DNA of 64,000 nt. Source: a virus. Position numbers and translations under genes: made by a program. Every line of letters begins with the position of its first letter. The stretch's first letter is position 1. The stretch is taken from IMG/VR virus record IMGVR_UViG_3300018080_000105, positions 96,001 through 160,000 of that record. The stretch is one strand, 5' to 3'. The notes under the pieces are model-generated. The model worked only from the letters and a program-made list of their open reading frames with translations, was not told where the DNA came from and did no database searches. Positions 8,810 through 17,180 of this stretch are shown here, one piece after another.

Positions 8810-9303
8810 GCCGGCTCCAGGACTTTCGCCTCGTTGCTCTCCAGGACACACTCCAGGCGCTCCTGGCAGTCTTGTCCGAAACTCTGAGAAATGGCCCACA
8901 CCAACGTGTCCTCGTAAGTCTCGCTGTCCAGTGCCAGTCGCTCCGCCACCTTCATCAGTTCGACCGCTGCCCGCGAGAACGAACACACTTCATCATTCCA
9001 GTGAATGATGGTAGCGATCTCGTCCTTCCTGCTCATAGCATGCCGGCCCAGCAAGCGCACCAGCGCGGCTTGCAGCAAACCAACATCGATCGCACTGATC
9101 GCCTTGTTGTACTCAGCGATCCGAATCGCCCCGTGCATGCAATAAGACGCCTGCCGTGTCGAGTTGAGCTGCACAGGCACTCGTTCCTTGTTGCGGACAG
9201 CGGCCCCACGGCTCCATCCATGAGTCTCCAAATACCAACTCGGTCGCCGAGTGTTGATCGATGGCAGGGTGGTTTTACTCTTCTGCTGCTCAGGCACTGT
9301 CAT
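8806..9303 (-). CDS. GW..C..GA..WND family protein, paralog 3 (DUF6197-like)
   Basis: HGWSR...YCMHGAI...IHWND. Confidence 0.55.
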   Translation of the reverse strand: MTVPEQQKSKTTLPSINTRRPSWYLETHGWSRGAAVRNKERVPVQLNSTRQASYCMHGAIRIAEYNKAISAIDVGLLQAALVRLLGRHAMSRKDEIATIIHWNDEVCSFSRAAVELMKVAERLALDSETYEDTLVWAISQSFGQDCQERLECVLESNEAKVLEPA

Positions 9304-9523
9304 CTCCTACGTTGAATCTGTGCGATTGTACGGGGATCTCTATCCGTTCTCGCAGGCGCCCGAGCTCCAGATGCCAGCCAAAACCCCAGATGTTGAATAC
9401 CCCTGTCAGGCCCAGTCCGAATCCGAACTGTGACCAATGCACTCGTTCCAGCCGCCAGTCCCACACACGCTTCTCCGTGTATTTGTAGTAGGCCCCTTTG
9501 ACGACCATCTGCTGTACGTCCAT
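9290..9523 (-). CDS. small Trp/Gly-rich hypothetical protein
   Basis: coupled ORF; start trimmed to MDVQQ. Confidence 0.5.
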   Translation of the reverse strand: MDVQQMVVKGAYYKYTEKRVWDWRLERVHWSQFGFGLGLTGVFNIWGFGWHLELGRLRERIEIPVQSHRFNVGDDSA

Positions 9524-9543
9524 CTTCTTTACTCCGGTAGCGT

Positions 9544-9579
9544 AAAAAGAGCACGGTAACACTCGTGCTGTTACCGTGC
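9544..9579 (-). terminator. intrinsic terminator
   Basis: perfect 10-bp stem GCACGGTAAC/GTTACCGTGC followed by TCTTTTT on minus strand. Confidence 0.75.
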
Positions 9580-9673
9580 CAATCAGTTGTTACTTCACGT
9601 GATTTACGTCCCGCCGGACAAGGGCAGTGGTACTACGCGTTCATCGCTGACGCGCACCCTGCATCACCTCCCA

Positions 9674-9772
9674 TCAACACAGCACACCCATCACTTGCAG
9701 CGTTGCGAAGATTCCGAGTACAAAACCCACCGCTCCGCCAAACAAGCATCCGTGCACAAACTCCAGATCCAT
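9674..9772 (-). CDS. 32-aa hydrophobic peptide (not in ORF track)
   Basis: AAGGAGG 5 nt before ATG; MDLEFVHGCLFGGAVGFVLGIFATLQVMGVLC. Confidence 0.6.
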   Translation of the reverse strand: MDLEFVHGCLFGGAVGFVLGIFATLQVMGVLC

Positions 9773-9801
9773 AGCAGCCTCCTTGCTGTTAAAGAACTTC
9801 G

Positions 9802-9814
9802 GTTGTTATTTACC
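9802..9814 (-). promoter_or_regulatory. GGTAAATAACAAC motif copy (1 mismatch)
   Basis: intergenic, ~30 nt upstream of the 32-aa ORF. Confidence 0.5.
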
Positions 9815-9906
9815 ACGACGCTGCCGACCTCCTTGCGACTGCTTCTACAGATTACCTTCGCGAACTCTGCGACAGAGAGCCACCCCGCAGAGAATTCTCA
9901 AAAATA

Positions 9907-11340
9907 TCAGGATCCGTCTTCTTCCACAGACTCCAGGAGCGTAACGCGCCGCAACACCATGCTCAGGATCGTGCAACGGAACCCTCGCCAGCCCCGCCGA
10001 GTCCCGCAATGGATACGCACCTTACTGCCCGCTTCTTCTGGCACCCACGCTGTTTTGTAGGTTGTCGACAGCCCCGCAGTGAGTGGTACCAGTGTCTGCC
10101 TGTCCTGCTTGTTGTTGTCCCCTTTGTTAGACGGGTTTTGAACCCAGGCGAGCAACACAGGCATATCCGAATCCACCAGCGGCGGCGCGTTCGTCACGTC
10201 GTCAGAAATAGTGAACACATCCATAGCCAGCTCAAAACGATCACCTGCGTTGTAATCGACGTCTGCGTCCAACGTAAAGAACGCCTCGGGCGTGCCACCG
10301 TTGAACGTCCAGATCGACCCCTCGCGGGTAACGCCCCGTACCAACTCTGCCCCGGGCATCCACACCGTAGGCAACAGGTTGGCCCCGGCAACAGCGACGT
10401 CCGTGTACAAAATGCGGGGTGGCCTCTTGTCGAAATAGCTCTCAACGCATCCACTTATAGCAACCTCGACGGAACCGCTGACGCGTGCAAAACCTTTTCT
10501 CGTCGTGTGTGACATGCAGCCGTGGATACTGCCACCATCGCAGTCGATGATGTCCAACCCCCAGGCCAGGCCCGTATTCCCTGTCACGGTACCGTGCGGG
10601 GCCACGAAGCGGCAGCCAGAGAAATCAAACCCCGTGCACTCTTTCAAGGTCACGACGGCGTTGTCGTTCAATTCCTCTCCACCGCACCGCTCTGTGTAGA
10701 GCGAACGCACCGAGAGACCGGAACACCGCTCAAACAACGCCGCTCCCGGCTTGCAGAGTGAAATATCCAGCGAATCGACCGACACGCTACTCGACGAAGT
10801 GACGTGTAGGCCGTAAGCGTTGTGCTTCTTGTTGTGGATCTTTCCCCCCACAATACGCAGCACATTTGCACGGTGGGCTCTGATCCCCGCCGTACGGCAG
10901 TTGCTGACGAAACAGCGACGGATCTCCCACTGCACAGGATCGACACCATCGAGGGCAATCCCTACGTCACCATTCCCGACGCGTACGTCCTCGATGACTC
11001 CGTGGTTGGCCCGCTCTATCTTGAAGACAGTATTGCCATTACCCCGCACTGTGCCGCCCTTCCACACGGGCTGCCATGGCTTGTGGTCGCCATCGCCCCA
11101 CTGGAACATGGGTGCCTCGTGCGGTATGTCGGACTCAATCTCCGCCCCGTCAGCAGTCACCCGCAGGCCATACTTGATCAGAATCGTATCACTGATCCTG
11201 TACTCCTTCCCTGCTAGGAACACGACCTCCGGCGATAGATTGACTGCGGCATGATCCGATACCGCGTCCATTGCTGCCTGGATGCCAGCCGTAGCATCCG
11301 AGTCAGTAGATTTGATGAAGTCATCAACCAGCACTTTCAT
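9907..11340 (-). CDS. right-handed beta-helix (pectate lyase 3-like) protein, probable depolymerase/tailspike-like
   Basis: DATAGIQAAMDA..VVFLAGKEYRISDTILI N-terminal motif; repeated I.NC/C.I strands; C-terminal beta-sandwich-like domain; AAGGAG RBS before MKVLV. Confidence 0.7.
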   Translation of the reverse strand: MKVLVDDFIKSTDSDATAGIQAAMDAVSDHAAVNLSPEVVFLAGKEYRISDTILIKYGLRVTADGAEIESDIPHEAPMFQWGDGDHKPWQPVWKGGTVRGNGNTVFKIERANHGVIEDVRVGNGDVGIALDGVDPVQWEIRRCFVSNCRTAGIRAHRANVLRIVGGKIHNKKHNAYGLHVTSSSSVSVDSLDISLCKPGAALFERCSGLSVRSLYTERCGGEELNDNAVVTLKECTGFDFSGCRFVAPHGTVTGNTGLAWGLDIIDCDGGSIHGCMSHTTRKGFARVSGSVEVAISGCVESYFDKRPPRILYTDVAVAGANLLPTVWMPGAELVRGVTREGSIWTFNGGTPEAFFTLDADVDYNAGDRFELAMDVFTISDDVTNAPPLVDSDMPVLLAWVQNPSNKGDNNKQDRQTLVPLTAGLSTTYKTAWVPEEAGSKVRIHCGTRRGWRGFRCTILSMVLRRVTLLESVEEDGS

Positions 11341-11465
11341 GGATGTCTCCTTTACGTTCGACCAACAATACGGGCCTGAATGGGTTTGTAAAATTGAATG
11401 TCTTTCCAGTACGACGCCTACGTCAATCCGCGGCAGTATCACCCAGTACCATCATCCCCGTTTGT

Positions 11466-12206
11466 TCAAGACGCGTCACTATACGGTGTACCGTTGCGCG
11501 CCGCTACGGCCACTTTCGCGTGCCCCACCAGTTCTTCCCAACTATCAAAACCCACAGCACGTATGCTCACACGGTCGTTAGCAGAGCGATACCACAACTG
11601 ATCAAGCCTCGCAGCCTCTGGCAACCCGCGGCCGTATTTCATCAAGTCCGCTGAAGGAGCAGATTGGTACAACAGCACATGCTCTGGCAACACACGCCAC
11701 TGAAGCGTCTTTTGCCGCCAACCATCGTAGTAGGCCTCCAGGAGATAACTGGTCTCCTCGTCCCGCAGCCGACGGTCCCTATCCAGAATGCCGCGGCAGT
11801 CCTGTAGAAACGCCTCATACTCAGTATCCGGCACCGCCACAAGCCCCTGCTGTATCGCTCTGGAATTCCAAACAAACGCCGTGGGCAACTCTGCCTCAAT
11901 GTTATCAACGACAACAGATAACAACTGGTAGGCAGCCTGTACATGTTCTGTCCGCATCTGGAAGCGGTCTGCATGCTCAATCACCTGCCACGCAGCCGCT
12001 ACCATCAACTTCCCGACGGTATCCACGCCCATGCCGTTACCCACCGCAGCGAGCACATCATCAATGACAGTCTCGGTATCTTCGCCACCATACGTTGCCA
12101 CACTCTCTCCGCGAGGATTCGTGACCTTTACAGTCATTTCCAGAACGGGAGAGTTCTCCACACAACCGTGAGAATCAGTCGTCATCAATACACCACTTTC
12201 TATCAA
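11466..12206 (-). CDS. hypothetical protein
   Basis: 246 aa ORF in operon. Confidence 0.65.
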   Translation of the reverse strand: MIESGVLMTTDSHGCVENSPVLEMTVKVTNPRGESVATYGGEDTETVIDDVLAAVGNGMGVDTVGKLMVAAAWQVIEHADRFQMRTEHVQAAYQLLSVVVDNIEAELPTAFVWNSRAIQQGLVAVPDTEYEAFLQDCRGILDRDRRLRDEETSYLLEAYYDGWRQKTLQWRVLPEHVLLYQSAPSADLMKYGRGLPEAARLDQLWYRSANDRVSIRAVGFDSWEELVGHAKVAVAARNGTPYSDAS

Positions 12207-12598
12207 AAGAGCGGGTCACTCTTATCGTTGAGCTGGTCTTTGTGTTCACGAAAGTAATGCAGGCAGCGACCCAGCCGTGTCAGCTGCCCGTGTTTGCATG
12301 TCTTCAGATCCAACTTCTGCATACAGGCAGCCTGCAGACCTGCCCGATGATCGCCGTTGAGGATCAGGAAGTATTCCTCCTGCCCCAAAACCAGGGCAGT
12401 CGTGTCAGAGCCGTAAGAAGCTCGATCGTAGTTGTTGTAAGACACATGCCAGTGCGAGCTCCCCGTGTCAACGTCGTCACATTTGTTGGGAATCACACAA
12501 GGCATACCTGCGATGTTACGCAGATGCGAGGTACACTCACTCATCGACTTATCCTTCCACCACACTGATGCCAGATAACCGTCACCATTCTCCTGCAT
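12203..12598 (-). CDS. hypothetical protein
   Basis: start trimmed to MQENG; contiguous. Confidence 0.55.
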   Translation of the reverse strand: MQENGDGYLASVWWKDKSMSECTSHLRNIAGMPCVIPNKCDDVDTGSSHWHVSYNNYDRASYGSDTTALVLGQEEYFLILNGDHRAGLQAACMQKLDLKTCKHGQLTRLGRCLHYFREHKDQLNDKSDPLF

Positions 12599-12983
12599 TA
12601 AACTGGCCACCATGGTATTGACGATCACTCCCGTTAGCCCCGCCACGCGTCCGATTGTTGCTGTAACGGTGTGGCTGTCCGTCCCCCCAATGGTGCGGAC
12701 GCGTCGCATCCACACAGGCCGAGCATAACGGCTCCACGCACACATCGTCCACGTGCAGCTCTTCCTGGCAACGAGCACAGAAATCAACCCGCACCAAATC
12801 GTCCGCAGACGACCACGGGTGCCGCAACACCTGTGTGCCAGCCCGATACCTCTTGTCGACAGGGAGGGCGTTCAATCGTGCATGTAATACACTGCTGCAC
12901 AGTTCGCGCAGCTGTGCAGGTGACAGCTTCTCTACTGTCTTGTGTTCCAAGTCCGGGGATAAACCAAGTTGGTCCCAAACCAT
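12582..12983 (-). CDS. hypothetical protein, CxxC..CxxC
   Basis: CARC...CSAC. Confidence 0.55.
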   Translation of the reverse strand: MVWDQLGLSPDLEHKTVEKLSPAQLRELCSSVLHARLNALPVDKRYRAGTQVLRHPWSSADDLVRVDFCARCQEELHVDDVCVEPLCSACVDATRPHHWGDGQPHRYSNNRTRGGANGSDRQYHGGQFNAGEW

Positions 12984-13183
12984 TAAACCACCGGCGAAGT
13001 AACCGGCTCGCTCGCTTCATACTTCACGACAGCCTGAGCAAACTGGACTTGCGACCCTCGCTCCACCATTGCCACGCCACCGATCGGCTCCCAGCCATCT
13101 TTCAGTCCCTTCTTCACTTCCTTGTCAACAATGTCCGCTGACACGTTGGCAACAATGCAATAATCCACCACGCGACGGCTCAT
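12983..13183 (-). CDS. DUF1737-like small protein, paralog 3
   Basis: YCIV...EVKKGLKDGWEPIGGV...FAQAVVK. Confidence 0.65.
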   Translation of the reverse strand: MSRRVVDYCIVANVSADIVDKEVKKGLKDGWEPIGGVAMVERGSQVQFAQAVVKYEASEPVTSPVV

Positions 13184-13422
13184 ACTTCCTCCTTCTGATT
13201 ATCCAACCATTGCTGTAGCTGTTTCTGCGCTTCACTTGCAGTCGAACTCTCCAGCTCCAGCCCTTCTTCCACTATCTCGGGGAGCTGCACCTTGCCCTCG
13301 CAGACATAGGCCGCTCCGTCGTTATTCCGGTAACGGAACAGGATCTCGTGCTCTGTCCGCTCCAAAATCTCCAGAAACATCATCCGCCAACTCCTTCGTT
13401 GTTCGGCGTGATTGGTAGCCAC
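13180..13422 (-). CDS. hypothetical protein
   Basis: coupled ORF. Confidence 0.5.
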   Translation of the reverse strand: MATNHAEQRRSWRMMFLEILERTEHEILFRYRNNDGAAYVCEGKVQLPEIVEEGLELESSTASEAQKQLQQWLDNQKEEV

Positions 13423-13856
13423 GGCGGCCCTGCCAAGCCGTTCGGGTTTCGCATGCGATAGACGTGCAGTCCGGTCTCTCCGACGCGTTGTCTGTCGATG
13501 ATCCAGCTGCCGTGTCGCGTCTTCCGCAGATGCCGCAGCTGCGCACTCACAGAAGGCTGCGGGTCACCAGTAATGGACGCAATGTCGACAATCGAGCGAT
13601 ACTGCCCATCAGACATGACATCCCAGACACGGCCCAGTTGTCGCTGCAGCCGGTCATCGTCGCGAGCAGGGTCGTACACAGCTCCGTCAAAGCCTGTGCC
13701 TTCCGCATCTGCCACTTCCTGCATGTATGTGTCCCAGACATCTTCCAGCTCTGCAAAGAGAACTGTCCAGTGCTGCGGGTCTGCAACGTCGTCACCCCAG
13801 GCTTCCGTCAGCTGTCGCACAACGTCAATCATGGCGGCTTGGGTGGCTGCTTTCAT
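13380..13856 (-). CDS. winged-HTH DNA-binding protein
   Basis: VWDVMSDGQYRSIVDIASITGDPQPSVSAQLRHLRK plus wing (IIDRQRVG..LHVYRM). Confidence 0.7.
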   Translation of the reverse strand: MKAATQAAMIDVVRQLTEAWGDDVADPQHWTVLFAELEDVWDTYMQEVADAEGTGFDGAVYDPARDDDRLQRQLGRVWDVMSDGQYRSIVDIASITGDPQPSVSAQLRHLRKTRHGSWIIDRQRVGETGLHVYRMRNPNGLAGPPWLPITPNNEGVGG

Positions 13857-13861
13857 GACTG

Positions 13862-14476
13862 CTACGCCACCTGTTCCAGCACAGGATTACGCGTCCAGTA
13901 ATTCTCACGGCCATTAACCGTGTTACCGATCAGCCGCAGGAACTGTCGCGGCTCAGTGCGGCGACAAGGCAGACACTCATGCGGATTCAAATGATTGATC
14001 CGCCAGATCTCTCCGGGCTCCAGCATGTGACCGTTTTCATACGGCCAGTAGTCAGCATGAGCACCCAGGTCACCCGTTCGAGTGGTAGTCGTACACTCTT
14101 CGGACCACACGCAGCAGGTGCCCGCTGAGTTGTTGGCAAGCAGGATCTGTGTGTTGTCAGCCAGCGCGATCTCAGGGTTGCCACCCCAACAGTACCTGTG
14201 AATGTAATGGCTCTCGTTCTGTGCCACGTAGCCCGCTTCTGTGTGCACGGCCCTCGCATGCTCAGAGCGAGCATTACGGTGAATCTGGCCAGCTTCCACG
14301 ATCTTCTCATCGATCGTCAGCCAGCCCGGTTCGCCACGCTCGAAGTAGTAGTTCTCAACGAACCCGGCGTAAGCACTGCACTCGCCCGGCAACGAGTCCG
14401 GGTCGCCCTGAATGATGGGCATCATCAACACACGCACCCCGCTGAACAACGGGAAGCGGAAGTGTCCTACTCTCAT
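13862..14476 (-). CDS. probable 2OG-Fe(II) oxygenase-fold protein
   Basis: HR..R..VHTE, late HECLP His and RQFLRL Arg pattern of the double-stranded beta-helix fold. Confidence 0.5.
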   Translation of the reverse strand: MRVGHFRFPLFSGVRVLMMPIIQGDPDSLPGECSAYAGFVENYYFERGEPGWLTIDEKIVEAGQIHRNARSEHARAVHTEAGYVAQNESHYIHRYCWGGNPEIALADNTQILLANNSAGTCCVWSEECTTTTRTGDLGAHADYWPYENGHMLEPGEIWRINHLNPHECLPCRRTEPRQFLRLIGNTVNGRENYWTRNPVLEQVA

Positions 14477-14494
14477 GGTTCTGCTCTTCTACTG

Positions 14495-15085
14495 TCACTC
14501 GACAGTAACGGGAGGACCGGCACTCGTTGCCTCACTGGGAGGCAACGGACCATTTTCGTATTGCTCTCGCTCCAGCGCTCGCACCCGTTCCCATTGAGCT
14601 GCGTTCACTGCAGCATTAACACCGTTATTCTCATAAACGCGGGTACTGATCGTTGCAAGTTGATCGCGATTGGCATCAACACGAAGACCTAACGCACTGA
14701 TCTGCTCTTCAATTCTTTCAGGATGCCCGTCACTGACATGGTCTACGAACTGGCGACCCATCTCCTCCAGGTATCTGGCTTGCTGCGCGTCATGCGCCGT
14801 CAACGGCCAATACGCCAGCGTGCCGACCGCAACGACAAAGGACAACAAAAAGCCACCGAACATAATCAGCACAGTGACCGCACCCACCAATGTGGGGGTC
14901 GAGATACCCTTGGGTTCGGTGTGTCTGGCCAGTGATTCTCTGTTGGAGGACACCACATCAGCAATCTTGGCGATCGAAGTTGCGTTGCTCTGCACCACAG
15001 GAGCCAGCTCATGGACAGCTGCTGCTGTCTGCTGGACTACGGCCTCTAAACGTTCAAACTCGCTGCGTGACACATCCATGGTCAT
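14495..15085 (-). CDS. membrane protein with coiled coils (holin/spanin-like possible)
   Basis: long hydrophobic segment LVGAVTVLIMFGGFLLSFVVAVGTLAYW flanked by heptad regions. Confidence 0.5.
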   Translation of the reverse strand: MTMDVSRSEFERLEAVVQQTAAAVHELAPVVQSNATSIAKIADVVSSNRESLARHTEPKGISTPTLVGAVTVLIMFGGFLLSFVVAVGTLAYWPLTAHDAQQARYLEEMGRQFVDHVSDGHPERIEEQISALGLRVDANRDQLATISTRVYENNGVNAAVNAAQWERVRALEREQYENGPLPPSEATSAGPPVTVE

Positions 15086-15168
15086 CTCAGCACTCCTTTA
15101 ACTGCGCGGGCTACCAGCCTGCGCTACAGGTTCTGTATCGGCCGCCAGTGAGAAATATACTAACTGTG

Positions 15169-15181
15169 GTTCTTATTTACC
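15169..15181 (-). promoter_or_regulatory. GGTAAATAAGAAC motif copy
   Basis: exact 13-mer overlapping the stop codon of the upstream gene. Confidence 0.6.
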
Positions 15182-17089
15182 AGACGACGCCCGAAGTGCA
15201 ATATCCACAGGATTCGTAGAGATCGCGTCCGGGTCTCGGCGCTTCTTCAGCTTTGCCAGTCGAACATCTTGACTGGCCCATGGCGACTTAGACGCTACAC
15301 TGCCTGCAGCTTTCAAAGTCAGCGGGGCAGACCGCCGCGTATTCGGCTCCTTCTTCGCATACAACGGTTTCTTTCTGTCTTCCCGTAACTGCTGCAAGCG
15401 AGTAGCAATATCTTGTAGCATGGGATTCTGCTTAGCTTTTTCAAGCTGTCTTAGCGCCTTCCGCTTATTGGCTCTCGCCCGCATGCGGCCCCACCAGCTA
15501 CCAAGCTGAGCACCGCCAGCAATCCCCAGCGCTCCGCCCCCGGCTGCCCCTAACCACGGAAGTAGCCCTGCCTGTCGCGGCACATGATCCATGGAGCGCA
15601 CCAACGCATACAGTGCGGCGAGTCCAGCGCCCGCACCCGCCAGCCCGCCGCCGGCAGCGCCAACATACGTACCAAATGCCGGATACTTACGAGCGTTGTA
15701 GCTCTCCATGTTCTTCGCGTACTGTGCCTTCCCTTCCGCTGTCTCCGACTCAGGAGAAGCCGCAAAGCCTTCCTGATACGCCTTCCGGCCCTTCTTCCAG
15801 GCGTCAACCTCTTTCCACAATGTCGGTTTCCAGTTTCGCCGCAGATACCGCCACAGTTTGCTTTCGCCTTTTCGCGGTGCTAGGTCAATCGCATGGCCAA
15901 GCTCGTGCATCAGCACACCCGGCGACTTCTTTTGCACAAGTACAGCGTTCGCATGGGGCAAATACATCGACCCAAGGTGCTCAGTTGACCGGTCCGGCGT
16001 AGAGGCGAACGCAGCCGCCAATTCGTCACGGGTGCCTTGCACCCGGTCAAGAAACGAGTCCTCGACCTGTCTGTCAGCAACTCTGTTCGCCATCTCTGCT
16101 GTATTGAACCGATTCCCGTAGACCTTGGCATCATTCAGCTGATACGGCCGAGCAGCTGTCATCGCGTCGCCGATAGCCTGCCACGCCGGAACGTCCGCCT
16201 TTGTGGGCGCCTGCAACTCCTTATCATCGTACACAACCCTCTCCATAAGAGAGTGCACGGGACGTGTCTCTCGTGGCGACACCTCGACGACGACAGCTTC
16301 CTTCTGGAGTTCCGGAATAAGCCCAACCTTATTTCTCAGCGACCCTATCTTGAAGCCTGTCGGAGCACCCAACGCACTGTTCCCGTCCACCGGGGCGTTC
16401 GGACTGTTGGACAGAGCTCCGTACGTGTCGAGCGGATTGGCGGCTGCCGAGCCGGCCATCCCTGGCAGATTGGCTGCCTGGTTCGAGACTCGGGAGGCCA
16501 GGCCATTGTTCAGCTGCCCGCTGCCGGCCATGCCTGGCTGCTGCGCCATGAACTGCTGGGCGCCCTGCTGATTCGGGACTGATGGCTGCGGGGTTGCCAC
16601 CCGCTGAGCATGCTGAACCGGCTGAGCGAGGGCCACAGGCCCCGCCTGCTGCACCGTCCCCAGGGCGGTCTTAATGAGCGTCAGGCTGTGGCCTCGTAGC
16701 GTGTTGCCGTCTGGGAGTCTCATTCCCGCCACGCCCTGCTCTTTCGCTGCCCGCTCAGCAACCTTCTCCATGAAATTCCGCTGTACAGCCGCACACAGCC
16801 GATTTTCTCCCACTCCCACCTCTCCGGCCCTCTTCTCCACGCTCCCACCCGTTAAATACGCTGTACGAGCACTCACAGCCGAATTACCGTTAATTCCGCT
16901 GTACACGCTCTCACACGCTATTTTCTGATTCTGGCTCTCCTGCCAGATCTGATCGATCACGGAGGGATCACCTGCCTGCCACACCCTATCACCCAACGAG
17001 ACAGAGGAACTCTTCACCCCTGGCGCTGAAGCAATCTTCTCGCTCAAACTCAGAGGCTGGTCACCAATCGCGACTTTTTGCCCAGACAT
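15173..17089 (-). CDS. large protein with HExxH metallopeptidase motif and Gly-zipper TM segments; possible virion/ejected protein
   Basis: VLMHELGHAID; GAAGGGLAGAGAGLA and GAAGGGALGIAGGA helices; start trimmed to MSGQK (GGAG RBS). Confidence 0.55.
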   Translation of the reverse strand: MSGQKVAIGDQPLSLSEKIASAPGVKSSSVSLGDRVWQAGDPSVIDQIWQESQNQKIACESVYSGINGNSAVSARTAYLTGGSVEKRAGEVGVGENRLCAAVQRNFMEKVAERAAKEQGVAGMRLPDGNTLRGHSLTLIKTALGTVQQAGPVALAQPVQHAQRVATPQPSVPNQQGAQQFMAQQPGMAGSGQLNNGLASRVSNQAANLPGMAGSAAANPLDTYGALSNSPNAPVDGNSALGAPTGFKIGSLRNKVGLIPELQKEAVVVEVSPRETRPVHSLMERVVYDDKELQAPTKADVPAWQAIGDAMTAARPYQLNDAKVYGNRFNTAEMANRVADRQVEDSFLDRVQGTRDELAAAFASTPDRSTEHLGSMYLPHANAVLVQKKSPGVLMHELGHAIDLAPRKGESKLWRYLRRNWKPTLWKEVDAWKKGRKAYQEGFAASPESETAEGKAQYAKNMESYNARKYPAFGTYVGAAGGGLAGAGAGLAALYALVRSMDHVPRQAGLLPWLGAAGGGALGIAGGAQLGSWWGRMRARANKRKALRQLEKAKQNPMLQDIATRLQQLREDRKKPLYAKKEPNTRRSAPLTLKAAGSVASKSPWASQDVRLAKLKKRRDPDAISTNPVDIALRASSGK

Positions 17090-17180
17090 TGCAGGCTCCA
17101 ATAATGACGTCCATGTGCTTGTTCGGTAGACTCCGCAGATAGTTCGGAACCCTACCATTTCACCAGCAGAAAGTCGAGCC

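Noticed and set aside
9815-9900. HTH/excisionase-like fragment (WLSVAEFAKVICRSSR) on minus strand
   Set aside because: No start codon in frame and only a short resemblance; cannot support a pseudogene call
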